Assembly (NCBI GenBank): GCA_019235445.1
Contig: JAFAKL010000391.1
Location: 1 to 35,821, forward strand
DNA: 35,821 bases
Origin: Verrucomicrobiota bacterium
GTDB taxonomy: Bacteria; Verrucomicrobiota; Verrucomicrobiia; Chthoniobacterales; JAFAMB01
Direction: 5' to 3'
Part shown: positions 22,094 to 31,556 of the stretch, in pieces
How the letters are laid out: the number at the start of each line of letters is the position of its first letter
Position numbering within the stretch: position 1 is the stretch's first letter
Notes under the pieces: model-generated
What the model saw: only the letters and a program-made list of their open reading frames with translations
Database searches by the model: none
Told to the model about the DNA's origin: nothing
Program-made: the position numbers and the translations under genes

Positions 22094-24660
22094 GCGACGA
22101 GCCACGGCACCCGCTCCTTGAGACCCCGGGACCCGTCTTGGCGGTCACCAGGGTGGACAAATCGTTTCCTGGCGTGCGCGCCCTGGTAAAAGTATCTTTT
22201 GAATGCCGCGCGGGCGAGATCCACGGGCTCGTAGGGGAAAATGGTGCCGGTAAATCGACGCTGATGCGGATTTTGGCCGGGGTCCTTCGCCCGGACTCCG
22301 GAAGTATCCAGATCAGTGGCAAGGGGGTGACACTCAACTCGCCACGGCATGCGCATGACCTGGGTATTGCGATGGTTTACCAGGACACGCGATTAGTCGA
22401 TGAGCTTGACGTTGCCCAGAATATCTGGCTGGAGCGAGAGCCGGGCTGGTCCTTTTTCGTCGACCGCAGCGAGATGGAACGCCGTTCGGCGGCGATTCTC
22501 CTGCGGCTTGGAATTCAGATCGATTTACGAAGAAGGGTGGGAGAGCTGAGTGTCGGGGAGCGGCAAATTGTCGAGATCGCGCGCGGGCTGACGGCCGACC
22601 CGGCCGCGTTAATCCTCGATGAACCAACTTCTTCGCTTGATCCCGCAGAGTCGAAACAGCTCGGCAAGATTTTGGCCGGGCTGCGATCGGCTGGAACGGG
22701 AATCGTGTTTATCTCCCATCGTCTTCCAGAGGTGCTGGAGTTCGCCGACCGGATTACGGTGATGAAGGACGGCGAAATAGTTTCCACCCTTGAAAACAAA
22801 GGACTGACGGTAGACACCCTCGTCAGCCTGATGGTTGGCCGCACATTGTCGCTGGCGTTTCCGTCCAAGACAGCAAAGCCGGGAGCAGCCCGCCTGGAAG
22901 TGGAGGATCTCTCGAGCCTGGGCCACTTTCAGAATGTCTCCTTTTCACTTGCTGCCGGCGAGATTGTGGGCCTTGGTGGAATACAGGGCAACGGACAGCG
23001 GCAAATCGCGCGCGCTCTCTACGGGCTTCTGCCAGCCACCGGGCGAGTCCGCCTGAATGGATCCAGGATATCTCTTCGTTCTCCGGGGCACGCCATCCAC
23101 TCCGGGGTAGTCTATGTGCCGGCCGACCGTCGAGGGGAAGGCTTATTTGTTGCCCACTCGATTCGCGAGAATATTGCCGTTCCGCATCTCTCCGCCTGGA
23201 GCAACTTCGGGATGATGTCTAATCGACAGGAGGCGGGGGCGGTTCGGGAGACGATTGACCGCCTGAAGATACGCACTCCTTCTGCGGAACAGCCAGTGGG
23301 ATTGCTGAGCGGCGGGAATCAGCAGAAAGTAGTATTCGGGCGATGGCTTCTGGCAAAACCAATACTTTACCTGTTTGAAGAACCAACCGTGGGTGTGGAC
23401 GTCGGAACCAAGCTGGAGCTCTATCGAGTGATCCGACGACTGGCGGACGAAGGCGCCGCAGTTCTGGTATTGAGCTCGGATCTGATTGAGTTGATCGGGC
23501 TGTGTGATCGCATCTTAGTGGTGGCGCATGGCAGGATTGTGGACTCAGTGCCCGCTGCCGAAGCGACGGAAGAACGAATTATCGGAAGCGCGGTCCGGAA
23601 TAAACGGGAGAATGCCCTCACTCGGGACTTCTCTGGGAAGGAGGCGGGCCAAAATGCCCGTCGGGTAAGCATCAGAGAAGTCCTTCTCCGGCGGTATGCC
23701 GGCGCAGGTTTGTTGTCGCTCCTCATTCTGTCGCTCGGCGTCTACACCACTTTGCGTTCTCCTTATTTCCTGACCGAACGCAATCTGGGGAATCTCGTGA
23801 TTCAGATCGCTCCCCTGGCTCTCGTCTCGGTCGGCCAGATGGCGGCAATTTTGATTGGCGGCATTGATCTTTCTGTCGGGCCTTCTATGAGTCTAACTAC
23901 CGCGCTGGCTTCGTATGTCATCGTCGGTAGCGCACCGGCTAACATTGTGGGGGGCATCGCTCTCTGTCTGTTTTCCGGCATTCTGATCGGCGCCTTAAAC
24001 GGGTTAACCATCCTCTACTTGCGCATCCCGGATTTGATTACGACACTTTCAACGTTTTCTGTCGTCTCGGGTCTCGCTCTAATCGTTCGACCAAGTCCGG
24101 GCGGCAATGTCAGCGAGGTTTTTTCAGACACGGTCACGACGCGAATCGGTTGGTTCCCGATCATCGGATTGGCCTTGATTCTTCTAGCCATCGCGGGAGA
24201 AAGCTTACAGCTGCGCGGTCGAGTTGGGACCCAATGGTATGCGATCGGATCGAACCCGGAAGCGGCTTTTGTGGCCGGGATTCCAGTCCGCCGGGTGCGG
24301 CTTTGCGCCTATTTATTTTCCGGTCTGATGGCCGTGTTGGCGGGGTTAGTAATTGCCGCTCGGATCGGGAGTGGAGATCCTCAGGCCGGAAGCCAGTTTA
24401 CTTTAGCATCGGTTACCGCCGTGGTTGTCGGAGGGACCAGCATCTTTGGCGGGCGCGGTACGGTCATAGGCACCTTGCTTGGGGCAATCTTGCTGGTTCT
24501 GATGCAGAATTCACTGAACCAATTGCATGTGAGCGCCTATTATCAGTACGTCTGGACCGGGGCGCTGATGCTCTTGGCGGTGGCGTCCTATTCTATGCAC
24601 GAATATGCAAATCTGGGGGCTAAGTTTAACGCCGGGCTGCAGAAACGGGCAAGGTTATAG
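22090..24660 (+). CDS. Fused sugar ABC ATPase (two NBDs, RbsA-like) and permease
   Basis: Walker A GENGAGKST, LILDEPT and LSGGNQQKV, then in the same frame a permease with GGIDLSVG, AIGSNPEAAFVAGI and AVVVGGTSIFGG. GTGA overlap with the upstream stop. Confidence 0.92.
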   Translation: MSDEPRHPLLETPGPVLAVTRVDKSFPGVRALVKVSFECRAGEIHGLVGENGAGKSTLMRILAGVLRPDSGSIQISGKGVTLNSPRHAHDLGIAMVYQDTRLVDELDVAQNIWLEREPGWSFFVDRSEMERRSAAILLRLGIQIDLRRRVGELSVGERQIVEIARGLTADPAALILDEPTSSLDPAESKQLGKILAGLRSAGTGIVFISHRLPEVLEFADRITVMKDGEIVSTLENKGLTVDTLVSLMVGRTLSLAFPSKTAKPGAARLEVEDLSSLGHFQNVSFSLAAGEIVGLGGIQGNGQRQIARALYGLLPATGRVRLNGSRISLRSPGHAIHSGVVYVPADRRGEGLFVAHSIRENIAVPHLSAWSNFGMMSNRQEAGAVRETIDRLKIRTPSAEQPVGLLSGGNQQKVVFGRWLLAKPILYLFEEPTVGVDVGTKLELYRVIRRLADEGAAVLVLSSDLIELIGLCDRILVVAHGRIVDSVPAAEATEERIIGSAVRNKRENALTRDFSGKEAGQNARRVSIREVLLRRYAGAGLLSLLILSLGVYTTLRSPYFLTERNLGNLVIQIAPLALVSVGQMAAILIGGIDLSVGPSMSLTTALASYVIVGSAPANIVGGIALCLFSGILIGALNGLTILYLRIPDLITTLSTFSVVSGLALIVRPSPGGNVSEVFSDTVTTRIGWFPIIGLALILLAIAGESLQLRGRVGTQWYAIGSNPEAAFVAGIPVRRVRLCAYLFSGLMAVLAGLVIAARIGSGDPQAGSQFTLASVTAVVVGGTSIFGGRGTVIGTLLGAILLVLMQNSLNQLHVSAYYQYVWTGALMLLAVASYSMHEYANLGAKFNAGLQKRARL

Positions 24661-24709
24661 TTCCCCCACCGCTCGGCGCCTCGACAATTCTTTGGTCGCC
24701 GATTCACGG

Positions 24710-24760
24710 TGACTCGCGAAAAACGAGTCATCTCTCCTGGAAAGCTCGCGAATTGCGAGT
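24710..24760. promoter_or_regulatory. Tandem palindromic upstream activator sites for a sigma-54 enhancer-binding protein
   Basis: CTCGCGAAAAACGAG (24713-24727, inside TGACTCG-N7-CGAGTCA) and CTCGCGAATTGCGAG (24745-24759). They are 32 bp apart and lie 75-120 bp upstream of the -24 element. Confidence 0.6.
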
Positions 24761-24834
24761 GTCAGAAGCTGGAGGAAAGAGGAGTTCTATGTCTAAGGCC
24801 TTGAAAATGAAGCGATTCCACTATCTGTACCTTT

Positions 24835-24850
24835 TGGCACGAGTCTCGCT
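24835..24850 (+). promoter_or_regulatory. Sigma-54 (-24/-12) promoter of the kdp locus
   Basis: TGGCAC-GAGTC-TCGCT: GG at 24836-24837 and GC at 24848-24849 with the required 10-nt gap. One mismatch to TGGCAC-N5-TTGC. The locus encodes a sigma-54 activator. Confidence 0.75.
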
Positions 24851-24937
24851 AAGGCAATAAGCGTTGCATCTCATTGTCCAAATGGTGGCGTCGGAAGAAA
24901 CCTGGGCGGTTCGAGGGCTTCTGGGCAAAGAAACGGA

Positions 24938-26761
24938 GTGATGAAAAGGAAAATCCTTCTTTGGCTCTGCCCGATCCTCATCCTTTTCCTTGGGGTAGGT
25001 CTGTACGCAGTCCTGTTGTTCAATCGGCTCGGCGGTTCGATCAATGTGATTCTGCGGGAGAACTATGACAGCGTGCTGGCCGGCCAGCAGATGAAAGAAA
25101 CCGCTGAGCGGATGGATTCCGGGCTCTCATTTGCCCTGGCCGGTGAAGAGAAGAGGGGGCGCGACCTTTTCGAGCAAAATTTTCCCCTTTTTCAAAAGAG
25201 TCTTAAGAAGGAGTTGGGCAATATCACCCTCCCTGGGGAAGGGGAGGTCGCCGATAAGATCAAGGAGGCCGAAGATCGTTACCAGGCGTTAGCTCGAACC
25301 TTTTGGGGCACGTCCGACCCGGACACCCGGCGGGAAATGTATTTCTCCCAGCTTTTGCCGCTGTTCACGGAGATCAAAAACAACGCTCAGGAAGTCATTC
25401 GCCTCAACCAGGATAACATGGTGGAGGCGGATCACCGTGCCAAATCCCTGAGCGCCGATTCCACGCGGGCCATGGTGGTCCTGCTGGCCTTTGGCGTGGC
25501 TTTGGCCATCTCGCTTGGATACGGATTGCAGCGAGCCATTCTCGGTCCGATCCAGACCTTGACCAGGGTTTCTAAAGAATTGGGTCAAGGCAAGCTGGAT
25601 CAGGTTGTTCCAGTGGCGTCGAACGACGAGCTCGGCCAACTCGCGGACGCATTCAATAAACTGGCGGCACGTTTGCGAGTTTATCGGCAGGCCACCACCG
25701 ATCAAATCTTGCAGGCCCGCCACATGACCGAGATTACTTTCTCCGCCTTCCCGGACTCAATTCTTGCCTTCTCGCTGGATGGAAAGATCAATTTTACCAA
25801 TCCTGCAGCCGTAAAGCTTCTCCAGAAACTGAACGGAAACCATGAACTCCCGCTGGCGATCCAGGAGGAAGTCGGAAAGGTATTAAAGGGAGCCCCGGAC
25901 AGTGTGCCGACAAGTTTTGAAAAGGCGATCCCGGTCCGGATTGATGAGCACGAGGCTTTTCTGCTGCCGAGGGTCATCGGAATGCGCGACGAGCCTGGCA
26001 ACCTGTTCGGGGCTGCCCTGGTTCTGCAGGATGTCACCCGATTCCGTCTCCTGGACGAGGTGAAGACGAACCTGGTTTCGACCGTCAGCCACGAACTGAA
26101 AACCCCGCTGACCAGTATTCGCATGGGTCTTCACCTGTTGCTGGAGGAAAGAATAGGCCCGCTCAACCCCAAGCAGCTCGAGTTGTTAGTGGCGGCGCGC
26201 GAGGACTCCGAACGTCTGCTGCGGATGATCAATGATCTCCTGGACCTGGCGCACCTCGAATCGGGCCAGACGCGACAGCAATTCGAGGTTATCTCACCGC
26301 GGACGCTCATTGAGGAGGCATTGCCAAACCTGCGCTCATTGACTGAGGCGCACGATTCACGTTTGGTGGCGGATGTCGCGCCGGACCTCCCTGACGTTAC
26401 GGTTGATCCCCGCCAGATTAATCACGTCTTTTCCAATTTTGTCTCGAACGCGGCCAGATTCTCCAAGCCGGGGGAGGAGGTCCTGTTGTCAGCCAAAAAA
26501 GTGGGCAAAGCAGTTCGCTTTTCGGTCTCAGATCACGGACCGGGGATTTCTATCGATTTTCAACCACGCGTTTTCGAACGGTTTTTCCGAATTCCCGGGA
26601 CTGAAGATTCGAATGGCGTCGGCCTTGGCTTGGCGATTGCCAAGCAGATCGTCGTTTCACACGGCGGAAGTATCGGGCTTCATAGCGCGCCGGGTGCCGG
26701 GAGCGAATTTTACTTCGATCTGCCATCAGGCGGAAAGAGCAACGAAGGAACAATCAGGTGA
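24938..26761 (+). CDS. Membrane sensor histidine kinase, TM-helical periplasmic domain-TM-HAMP-PAS-HisKA-HATPase (KinB-like architecture)
   Basis: Two hydrophobic TM segments, HAMP DELGQLADAFNKLA, PAS-like FTNPAA...QDVTR, H-box VSHELKTPLTSI, NFVSNAARF, DHGPGI and GVGLGL. Confidence 0.92.
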   Translation: MMKRKILLWLCPILILFLGVGLYAVLLFNRLGGSINVILRENYDSVLAGQQMKETAERMDSGLSFALAGEEKRGRDLFEQNFPLFQKSLKKELGNITLPGEGEVADKIKEAEDRYQALARTFWGTSDPDTRREMYFSQLLPLFTEIKNNAQEVIRLNQDNMVEADHRAKSLSADSTRAMVVLLAFGVALAISLGYGLQRAILGPIQTLTRVSKELGQGKLDQVVPVASNDELGQLADAFNKLAARLRVYRQATTDQILQARHMTEITFSAFPDSILAFSLDGKINFTNPAAVKLLQKLNGNHELPLAIQEEVGKVLKGAPDSVPTSFEKAIPVRIDEHEAFLLPRVIGMRDEPGNLFGAALVLQDVTRFRLLDEVKTNLVSTVSHELKTPLTSIRMGLHLLLEERIGPLNPKQLELLVAAREDSERLLRMINDLLDLAHLESGQTRQQFEVISPRTLIEEALPNLRSLTEAHDSRLVADVAPDLPDVTVDPRQINHVFSNFVSNAARFSKPGEEVLLSAKKVGKAVRFSVSDHGPGISIDFQPRVFERFFRIPGTEDSNGVGLGLAIAKQIVVSHGGSIGLHSAPGAGSEFYFDLPSGGKSNEGTIR

Positions 26762-27441
26762 GTGCGAACATTCTCATCGTCGACGACGAGACGAACGTGC
26801 GGTTGAACTATCGGATTACCCTTGAAACAGAGGGCTACGAAATCTTCGAAGCGACCTCGGGTGAAAAAGCGTTGGAGGCGCTGGCCGAGCGCTCGTTTCA
26901 CCTTGCGATCCTTGATATGCGGCTTCCGGCAATGGACGGTCTGCAACTGCTGGGCAAGATGCGGGAAGTAGGAATCACGGTCCCTGCGATGATCGTTACG
27001 GCCTACAGCGATGTGCCGCACGCGGTGCAGGCAATGAAGCTCGGGGCGATTGACTTCTTGCAAAAGCCTCTCAGGCCTGGGGACCTCCGCCGCATTGTGG
27101 CGGAGATCCTGACCCGTCACACCCCGCAGAAAGAGCACACGGCTGAAAGCTACAACTCCCACATCGTCGCGGCGAAACGTTTTCTGAATTTGCGCTCGTT
27201 CGCGAAGGCCAGAATGCATCTCATCAAGGCGTCGGAGTTAAACAACAAATCCGTCGAAGCCTTTAACCTGGCTGGGGTGCTCGCGGAGATGCTCGACGAC
27301 ATCGACAAAGCAAGAAAGTACTACGGCCAGGCGATCAGAATAGACAAGAACTATGAGCCGGCCCAACAGAACATGCGCCGGCTCTTTGAACTACAACATT
27401 TCGGATCTACCTCGGAGCCCCTCAATTTGGGAGAAACGTAA
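26758..27441 (+). CDS. Response regulator with REC plus C-terminal TPR (no DNA-binding domain)
   Basis: REC motifs ILIVDDE, LDMRLPAMDG, VTA and LQKP, then TPR EAFNLAGVLAEMLDDIDKARKYYGQAIRIDKNYEPAQQN. GTGA overlap with the kinase stop. Confidence 0.88.
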   Translation: MSANILIVDDETNVRLNYRITLETEGYEIFEATSGEKALEALAERSFHLAILDMRLPAMDGLQLLGKMREVGITVPAMIVTAYSDVPHAVQAMKLGAIDFLQKPLRPGDLRRIVAEILTRHTPQKEHTAESYNSHIVAAKRFLNLRSFAKARMHLIKASELNNKSVEAFNLAGVLAEMLDDIDKARKYYGQAIRIDKNYEPAQQNMRRLFELQHFGSTSEPLNLGET

Positions 27442-27454
27442 CGGTTAAAACCTT

Positions 27455-27538
27455 ATGACTGACATCATTTATATCGGAGTAAGCATACTTTCGGCTGGGA
27501 TCCTCATTTTATTTACCTGGTCCTGCAGCAGAATCTAA
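27455..27538 (+). CDS. 27-aa hydrophobic membrane peptide upstream of kdpF (accessory Kdp peptide candidate)
   Basis: Hand translation gives MTDIIYIGVSILSAGILILFTWSCSRI-stop: a single TM helix, with 13-nt gaps to both neighbours. Below the ORF-track cutoff. Confidence 0.75.
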   Translation: MTDIIYIGVSILSAGILILFTWSCSRI

Positions 27539-27551
27539 ACACACACGAACT

Positions 27552-27635
27552 ATGGCAACCCTAATCGTCGGTATCATATCCGTTGGTCTCATCATCTATC
27601 TCCTTTTTAGTATCCTGCGACCGGAAATGTTTTAA
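27552..27635 (+). CDS. kdpF: K+-transporting ATPase subunit F
   Basis: Hand translation gives MATLIVGIISVGLIIYLLFSILRPEMF-stop, with the KdpF C-terminal YL..(S/A)(I/L)L.PE.F signature, directly upstream of kdpA. Confidence 0.92.
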   Translation: MATLIVGIISVGLIIYLLFSILRPEMF

Positions 27636-27670
27636 CTCAGGTTTTGGGTACGTATCCACCACTAAATATT

Positions 27671-29482
27671 ATGAACACATCAGGCTGGCTTCAGCTGGCA
27701 CTCTATATTGTCGTGCTCCTTTTGATCACCAAGCCCCTCGGTATTTATCTATTTCGGGTGCTGGATGCCAACGGGAAAACATTCCTCGATCCGGTGGTTA
27801 AGCCGGTTGAACTGTTAACTTACCGGATTTTCGGGGTGGATCCCGAAAAAGAGCAAGGGTGGATTCTATACACTATGGCGATGCTCATTTTCGAGTTAGT
27901 TACCGTGCTTTTTACCTATCTGGTTCTGCGTTTCCAGAACTTCCTGCCGCTCAATCCCCAAGGTATGGCCGGAGTAACTGACCACCTTGCTTTCAACACC
28001 GCCTGGAGTTTCGCCACTAACACCAACTGGCAAAGCTATGGCGGCGAATCGACCATGAGTTACCTGTCGCAGATGCTGGCCCTGGCCTCGCACAACTTTT
28101 TCTCGGCGGCCATCGGTATCGCGATCGCCGCGGCAGTGGTCCGCGGGATTGTGCGCCACTCCACAAAAACGCTAGGCAACTTTTGGGTGGACCTGGTGCG
28201 AATAAATTACTATTTGCTGCTTCCGATTAGCATTGTTTACGCAGTCTTCCTGGTAGCCCAGGGTGTTCCGCAGAATTTTAAGCCGTACGACACGGCAAAG
28301 GTCGTGGAGGTACAAACGGTCCAGGTGCCCAAAAAAGACGACGCCGGCAACCCGGTCAAAGATGCGAAAGGGAACGCGGTCATGGTCGACCAAAAGGTAG
28401 ATTCCCAGAGCATCGTGGAGGGACCAATTGCATCGCAAATGGCAATCAAGATGCTTGGCACCAACGGCGGTGGGTATACCAACGCGAACGCAGCGCACCC
28501 CTTTGAAAACCCGACCCCGCTCTCCAATTTTATTCAGATGCTCTCAATCTTTGCGATTCCAAGCGCATTAACTTACTATCTTGGAAGGATGGTCAAGAAC
28601 CAGGGCCATGGATGGTCCGTATGGGCAGCGATGGCAATTGTATTTGTCGCTGGAGTCCTTGTTTGCTGGGGAGCGGAGGCGGCGGGGAATCCGATCATGA
28701 ACCATGTCGGGGTCGATCGCGCCGGCGGCAACATGGAAGGGAAGGAAGTCCGGTTCGGCATCTTTAACTCTGCTTTGTTTGCCACCATCACGACCGACGC
28801 TTCTTGCGGTGCAGTCAACTCGATGCATGACTCCTTTACTCCGCTCGGTGGGTTCGTACCCCTGTTTAACATCCAAATGGGAGAGATTATCTTTGGCGGG
28901 GTGGGCTCCGGATTGTACGGAATGATTCTGTTTATCGTGCTGGCGGTTTTCATCGCCGGGCTGATGGTGGGACGGACGCCGGAGTATCTCGGAAAAAAGA
29001 TTGAGTCGTATGATGTAAAGGTTGCTTCCATCGCGATCCTGCTGATGGCTTTTTCGATCCTGGGCTTTGCGGGTTGGGCCGCCTTGACGCCGTGGGGCCA
29101 GGCCGGAGAGAACAACAGCGGACCCCATGGTCTGAGCGAAATCTTTTATGCCTACAGCTCATGCACCGGGAACAATGGCAGCGCGTTCGCTGGGCTGACG
29201 GCAAACCCGACTAACAATGATCCTCATTACGATATCACCTTGGCCTTCGCGACGATCATTGGCCGATTTGGAATGATTATCCCGGTGATGGCCTTGGCCG
29301 GTTCTCTGGGGCGAAAGAAACTGATCGCCACCGGCGCCGGGACCTTCCCGGTGACTGGCGGCTTGTTTGTGACTTTGCTGATCGGAACGATCCTGCTGGT
29401 CGGTGCCCTGACCTTCCTGCCGGCCTTAACACTGACGCCGATTCTGGAACATTTCCTGATGCTAAACGGAAAACTCTTTTGA
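27671..29482 (+). CDS. kdpA: K+-transporting ATPase subunit A
   Basis: Motifs SFATNTNWQSYGGE, IKMLGTNGGG, NAAHPFENP, MEGKEVRFG, SCGAVNSMHDS, GRTPEYLGKKI and NNGSAFAGL. ATG at 27671 is preferred over TTG 27644. Confidence 0.97.
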   Translation: MNTSGWLQLALYIVVLLLITKPLGIYLFRVLDANGKTFLDPVVKPVELLTYRIFGVDPEKEQGWILYTMAMLIFELVTVLFTYLVLRFQNFLPLNPQGMAGVTDHLAFNTAWSFATNTNWQSYGGESTMSYLSQMLALASHNFFSAAIGIAIAAAVVRGIVRHSTKTLGNFWVDLVRINYYLLLPISIVYAVFLVAQGVPQNFKPYDTAKVVEVQTVQVPKKDDAGNPVKDAKGNAVMVDQKVDSQSIVEGPIASQMAIKMLGTNGGGYTNANAAHPFENPTPLSNFIQMLSIFAIPSALTYYLGRMVKNQGHGWSVWAAMAIVFVAGVLVCWGAEAAGNPIMNHVGVDRAGGNMEGKEVRFGIFNSALFATITTDASCGAVNSMHDSFTPLGGFVPLFNIQMGEIIFGGVGSGLYGMILFIVLAVFIAGLMVGRTPEYLGKKIESYDVKVASIAILLMAFSILGFAGWAALTPWGQAGENNSGPHGLSEIFYAYSSCTGNNGSAFAGLTANPTNNDPHYDITLAFATIIGRFGMIIPVMALAGSLGRKKLIATGAGTFPVTGGLFVTLLIGTILLVGALTFLPALTLTPILEHFLMLNGKLF

Positions 29483-29488
29483 ACGACC

Positions 29489-29522
29489 GACTAACAACTG
29501 ACACTGACCACTAATCACTAAT
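29489..29522 (+). repeat. Degenerate heptamer tandem repeat in the kdpA-kdpB spacer
   Basis: GACTAAC AACTGAC ACTGAC CACTAAT CACTAAT fills most of the 41-bp intergenic gap. Confidence 0.6.
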
Positions 29523-29523
29523 T

Positions 29524-31542
29524 ATGCCTGCTCAAGCTCAATCTATTTTTGATCCGGCGATTATTGTGCCGGCCATCGGGGATTCGTTCAAAAAACTGAA
29601 CCCGGTCACCCTGGCCAAGAACCCGGTGATGTTCGTGACGGAGGTGGGAGCTCTGATCACCACCGTGCTGCTGGTTACAGGGCACGGCTCTAATTTCGGA
29701 TTCCAACTGCAGATCGCCCTCTGGCTCTGGTTTACTGTCCTGTTTGCAAACTTTGCCGAAGCGATGGCCGAGGGACGAGGCAAGGCTCAGGCGAAAGCGT
29801 TGCGTGCCACCCGAACAGAAACGTTTGGAAATCGCCTGAAGCCGGACGGAACCGTGGAAAAAATCGCCGCGAACTTGTTACGGAAAGGGGACATCGTGGT
29901 GGTTTCAGCCGGCGAACTTATTCCTGGGGACGGTGAAGTGATCGAAGGAGCCGCCACTGTCGACGAGTCAGCAATTACGGGTGAGTCTGCGCCAGTGATC
30001 CGCGAGTCCGGCGGCGACCGCAGTGCGGTCACCGGCGGGACCAAGGTCTTATCTGACGTGATAAAGATCGAGATCACGTCGAACCCAGGTGAGACGTTCC
30101 TGGATCACATGATTGCCCTGGTCGAGGGCGCTTCGCGCCAAAAAACGCCGAACGAGATTGCTCTCACCATTCTCCTCTCGGCCCTGACCTTAATCTTTTT
30201 GATCGCCATGATGTCGTTGAAAGCCTTCGGCATCGCCTCATCGGTCGATTTTACGATTCCGGTTCTGGTTGCCTTGTTGGTCTGTCTGATTCCCACCACC
30301 ATTGGGGGATTACTCAGCGCGATCGGGATTGCGGGTATTGATCGCCTCGTCCAGAAGAATGTTCTCGCCATGAGCGGACGTTCGGTCGAGGCGGCGGGAG
30401 ATGTAGATGTGCTGTTTCTCGACAAGACAGGCACAATTACGATCGGTAACCGGCAGGCGACCGAATTTCTTCCTGCGCCCGGAGTGACGAAAGAGCAATT
30501 GGCGGATGCTGCTCAACTGGCCTCCCTTGCCGACGAGACGCCAGAGGGGCGCTCGATTGTTGTGCTGGCCAAAAACTTCGGTATTCGAGCCCGGGAATTG
30601 AGCGAGATGCCTAAAGTGATCTTCGTTCCGTTTACTGCTCAAACGCGGATGAGCGGTGTTGACATGGATGGCACGAGCTACCGGAAAGGGGCTGCGGAGG
30701 CGATTCGCAACTACGTGGGCGGCCACATGCCGGAAGCGGTCGAGAAGGATGTCAAGGCGGTTTCCAGTTCTGGCGGCACGCCTCTGGTGGTGGCAACCCG
30801 CGAACGAGTGCTCGGCACGATTCAGCTCAAGGACATCGTCAAAGGCGGCTTGGCAGACCGGTTTGAGCGGTTCCGCGCCATGGGAATCCGCACCGTGATG
30901 ATCACGGGCGACAACCCATTGACGGCTGCCGCGATCGCCCATGAGGCCGGGGTAGACGACTTCCTGGCGGAAGCGAAACCGGAAGACAAACTGGCGCTCT
31001 GCCGGAAGGAACAACAAATCGGCCACCTGGTGGCCATGACGGGCGACGGGACAAACGATGCTCCCGCTTTAGCTCAAGCTGATGTCGGCGTGGCGATGAA
31101 CACCGGCACTCAAGCGGCGAAAGAGGCGGGGAACATGGTCGATCTCGATTCGAATCCGACCAAGCTGATCGAAATTGTTGAGATCGGGAAACAACTGCTG
31201 ATCACACGCGGAGCGCTGACCACCTTCAGCATCGCAAATGACGTGGCGAAATATTTTGCCATTCTGCCGGCCATGCTGGTCGGCACGTTCAAAGAAATAG
31301 CACCACTGAACATCATGTTCCTGAAATCGCCGGAGAGCGCGATTTTAAGCGCCGTCATTTTCAACGCGGTAATCATCATCGCCTTGATCCCCCTCGCGCT
31401 GAAGGGGGTCAGATTCCGGCCGCTCGGCGCCGCAAAAATCCTGGCGCGCAATCTCCTGATTTACGGCTTGGGAGGCATCCTCCTGCCGTTTGTCGGGATC
31501 AAGTTGATCGACATGTTTATCACCACCATTGGACTGGCCTGA
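29524..31542 (+). CDS. kdpB: K+-transporting P-type ATPase subunit B
   Basis: Motifs [27 protein letters not shown] (phosphorylation site), KGA, TGDN and [10 protein letters not shown]. Confidence 0.98.
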   Translation: MPAQAQSIFDPAIIVPAIGDSFKKLNPVTLAKNPVMFVTEVGALITTVLLVTGHGSNFGFQLQIALWLWFTVLFANFAEAMAEGRGKAQAKALRATRTETFGNRLKPDGTVEKIAANLLRKGDIVVVSAGELIPGDGEVIEGAATVDESAITGESAPVIRESGGDRSAVTGGTKVLSDVIKIEITSNPGETFLDHMIALVEGASRQKTPNEIALTILLSALTLIFLIAMMSLKAFGIASSVDFTIPVLVALLVCLIPTTIGGLLSAIGIAGIDRLVQKNVLAMSGRSVEAAGDVDVLFLDKTGTITIGNRQATEFLPAPGVTKEQLADAAQLASLADETPEGRSIVVLAKNFGIRARELSEMPKVIFVPFTAQTRMSGVDMDGTSYRKGAAEAIRNYVGGHMPEAVEKDVKAVSSSGGTPLVVATRERVLGTIQLKDIVKGGLADRFERFRAMGIRTVMITGDNPLTAAAIAHEAGVDDFLAEAKPEDKLALCRKEQQIGHLVAMTGDGTNDAPALAQADVGVAMNTGTQAAKEAGNMVDLDSNPTKLIEIVEIGKQLLITRGALTTFSIANDVAKYFAILPAMLVGTFKEIAPLNIMFLKSPESAILSAVIFNAVIIIALIPLALKGVRFRPLGAAKILARNLLIYGLGGILLPFVGIKLIDMFITTIGLA

Positions 31543-31556
31543 TCTGAGAAAATCTT

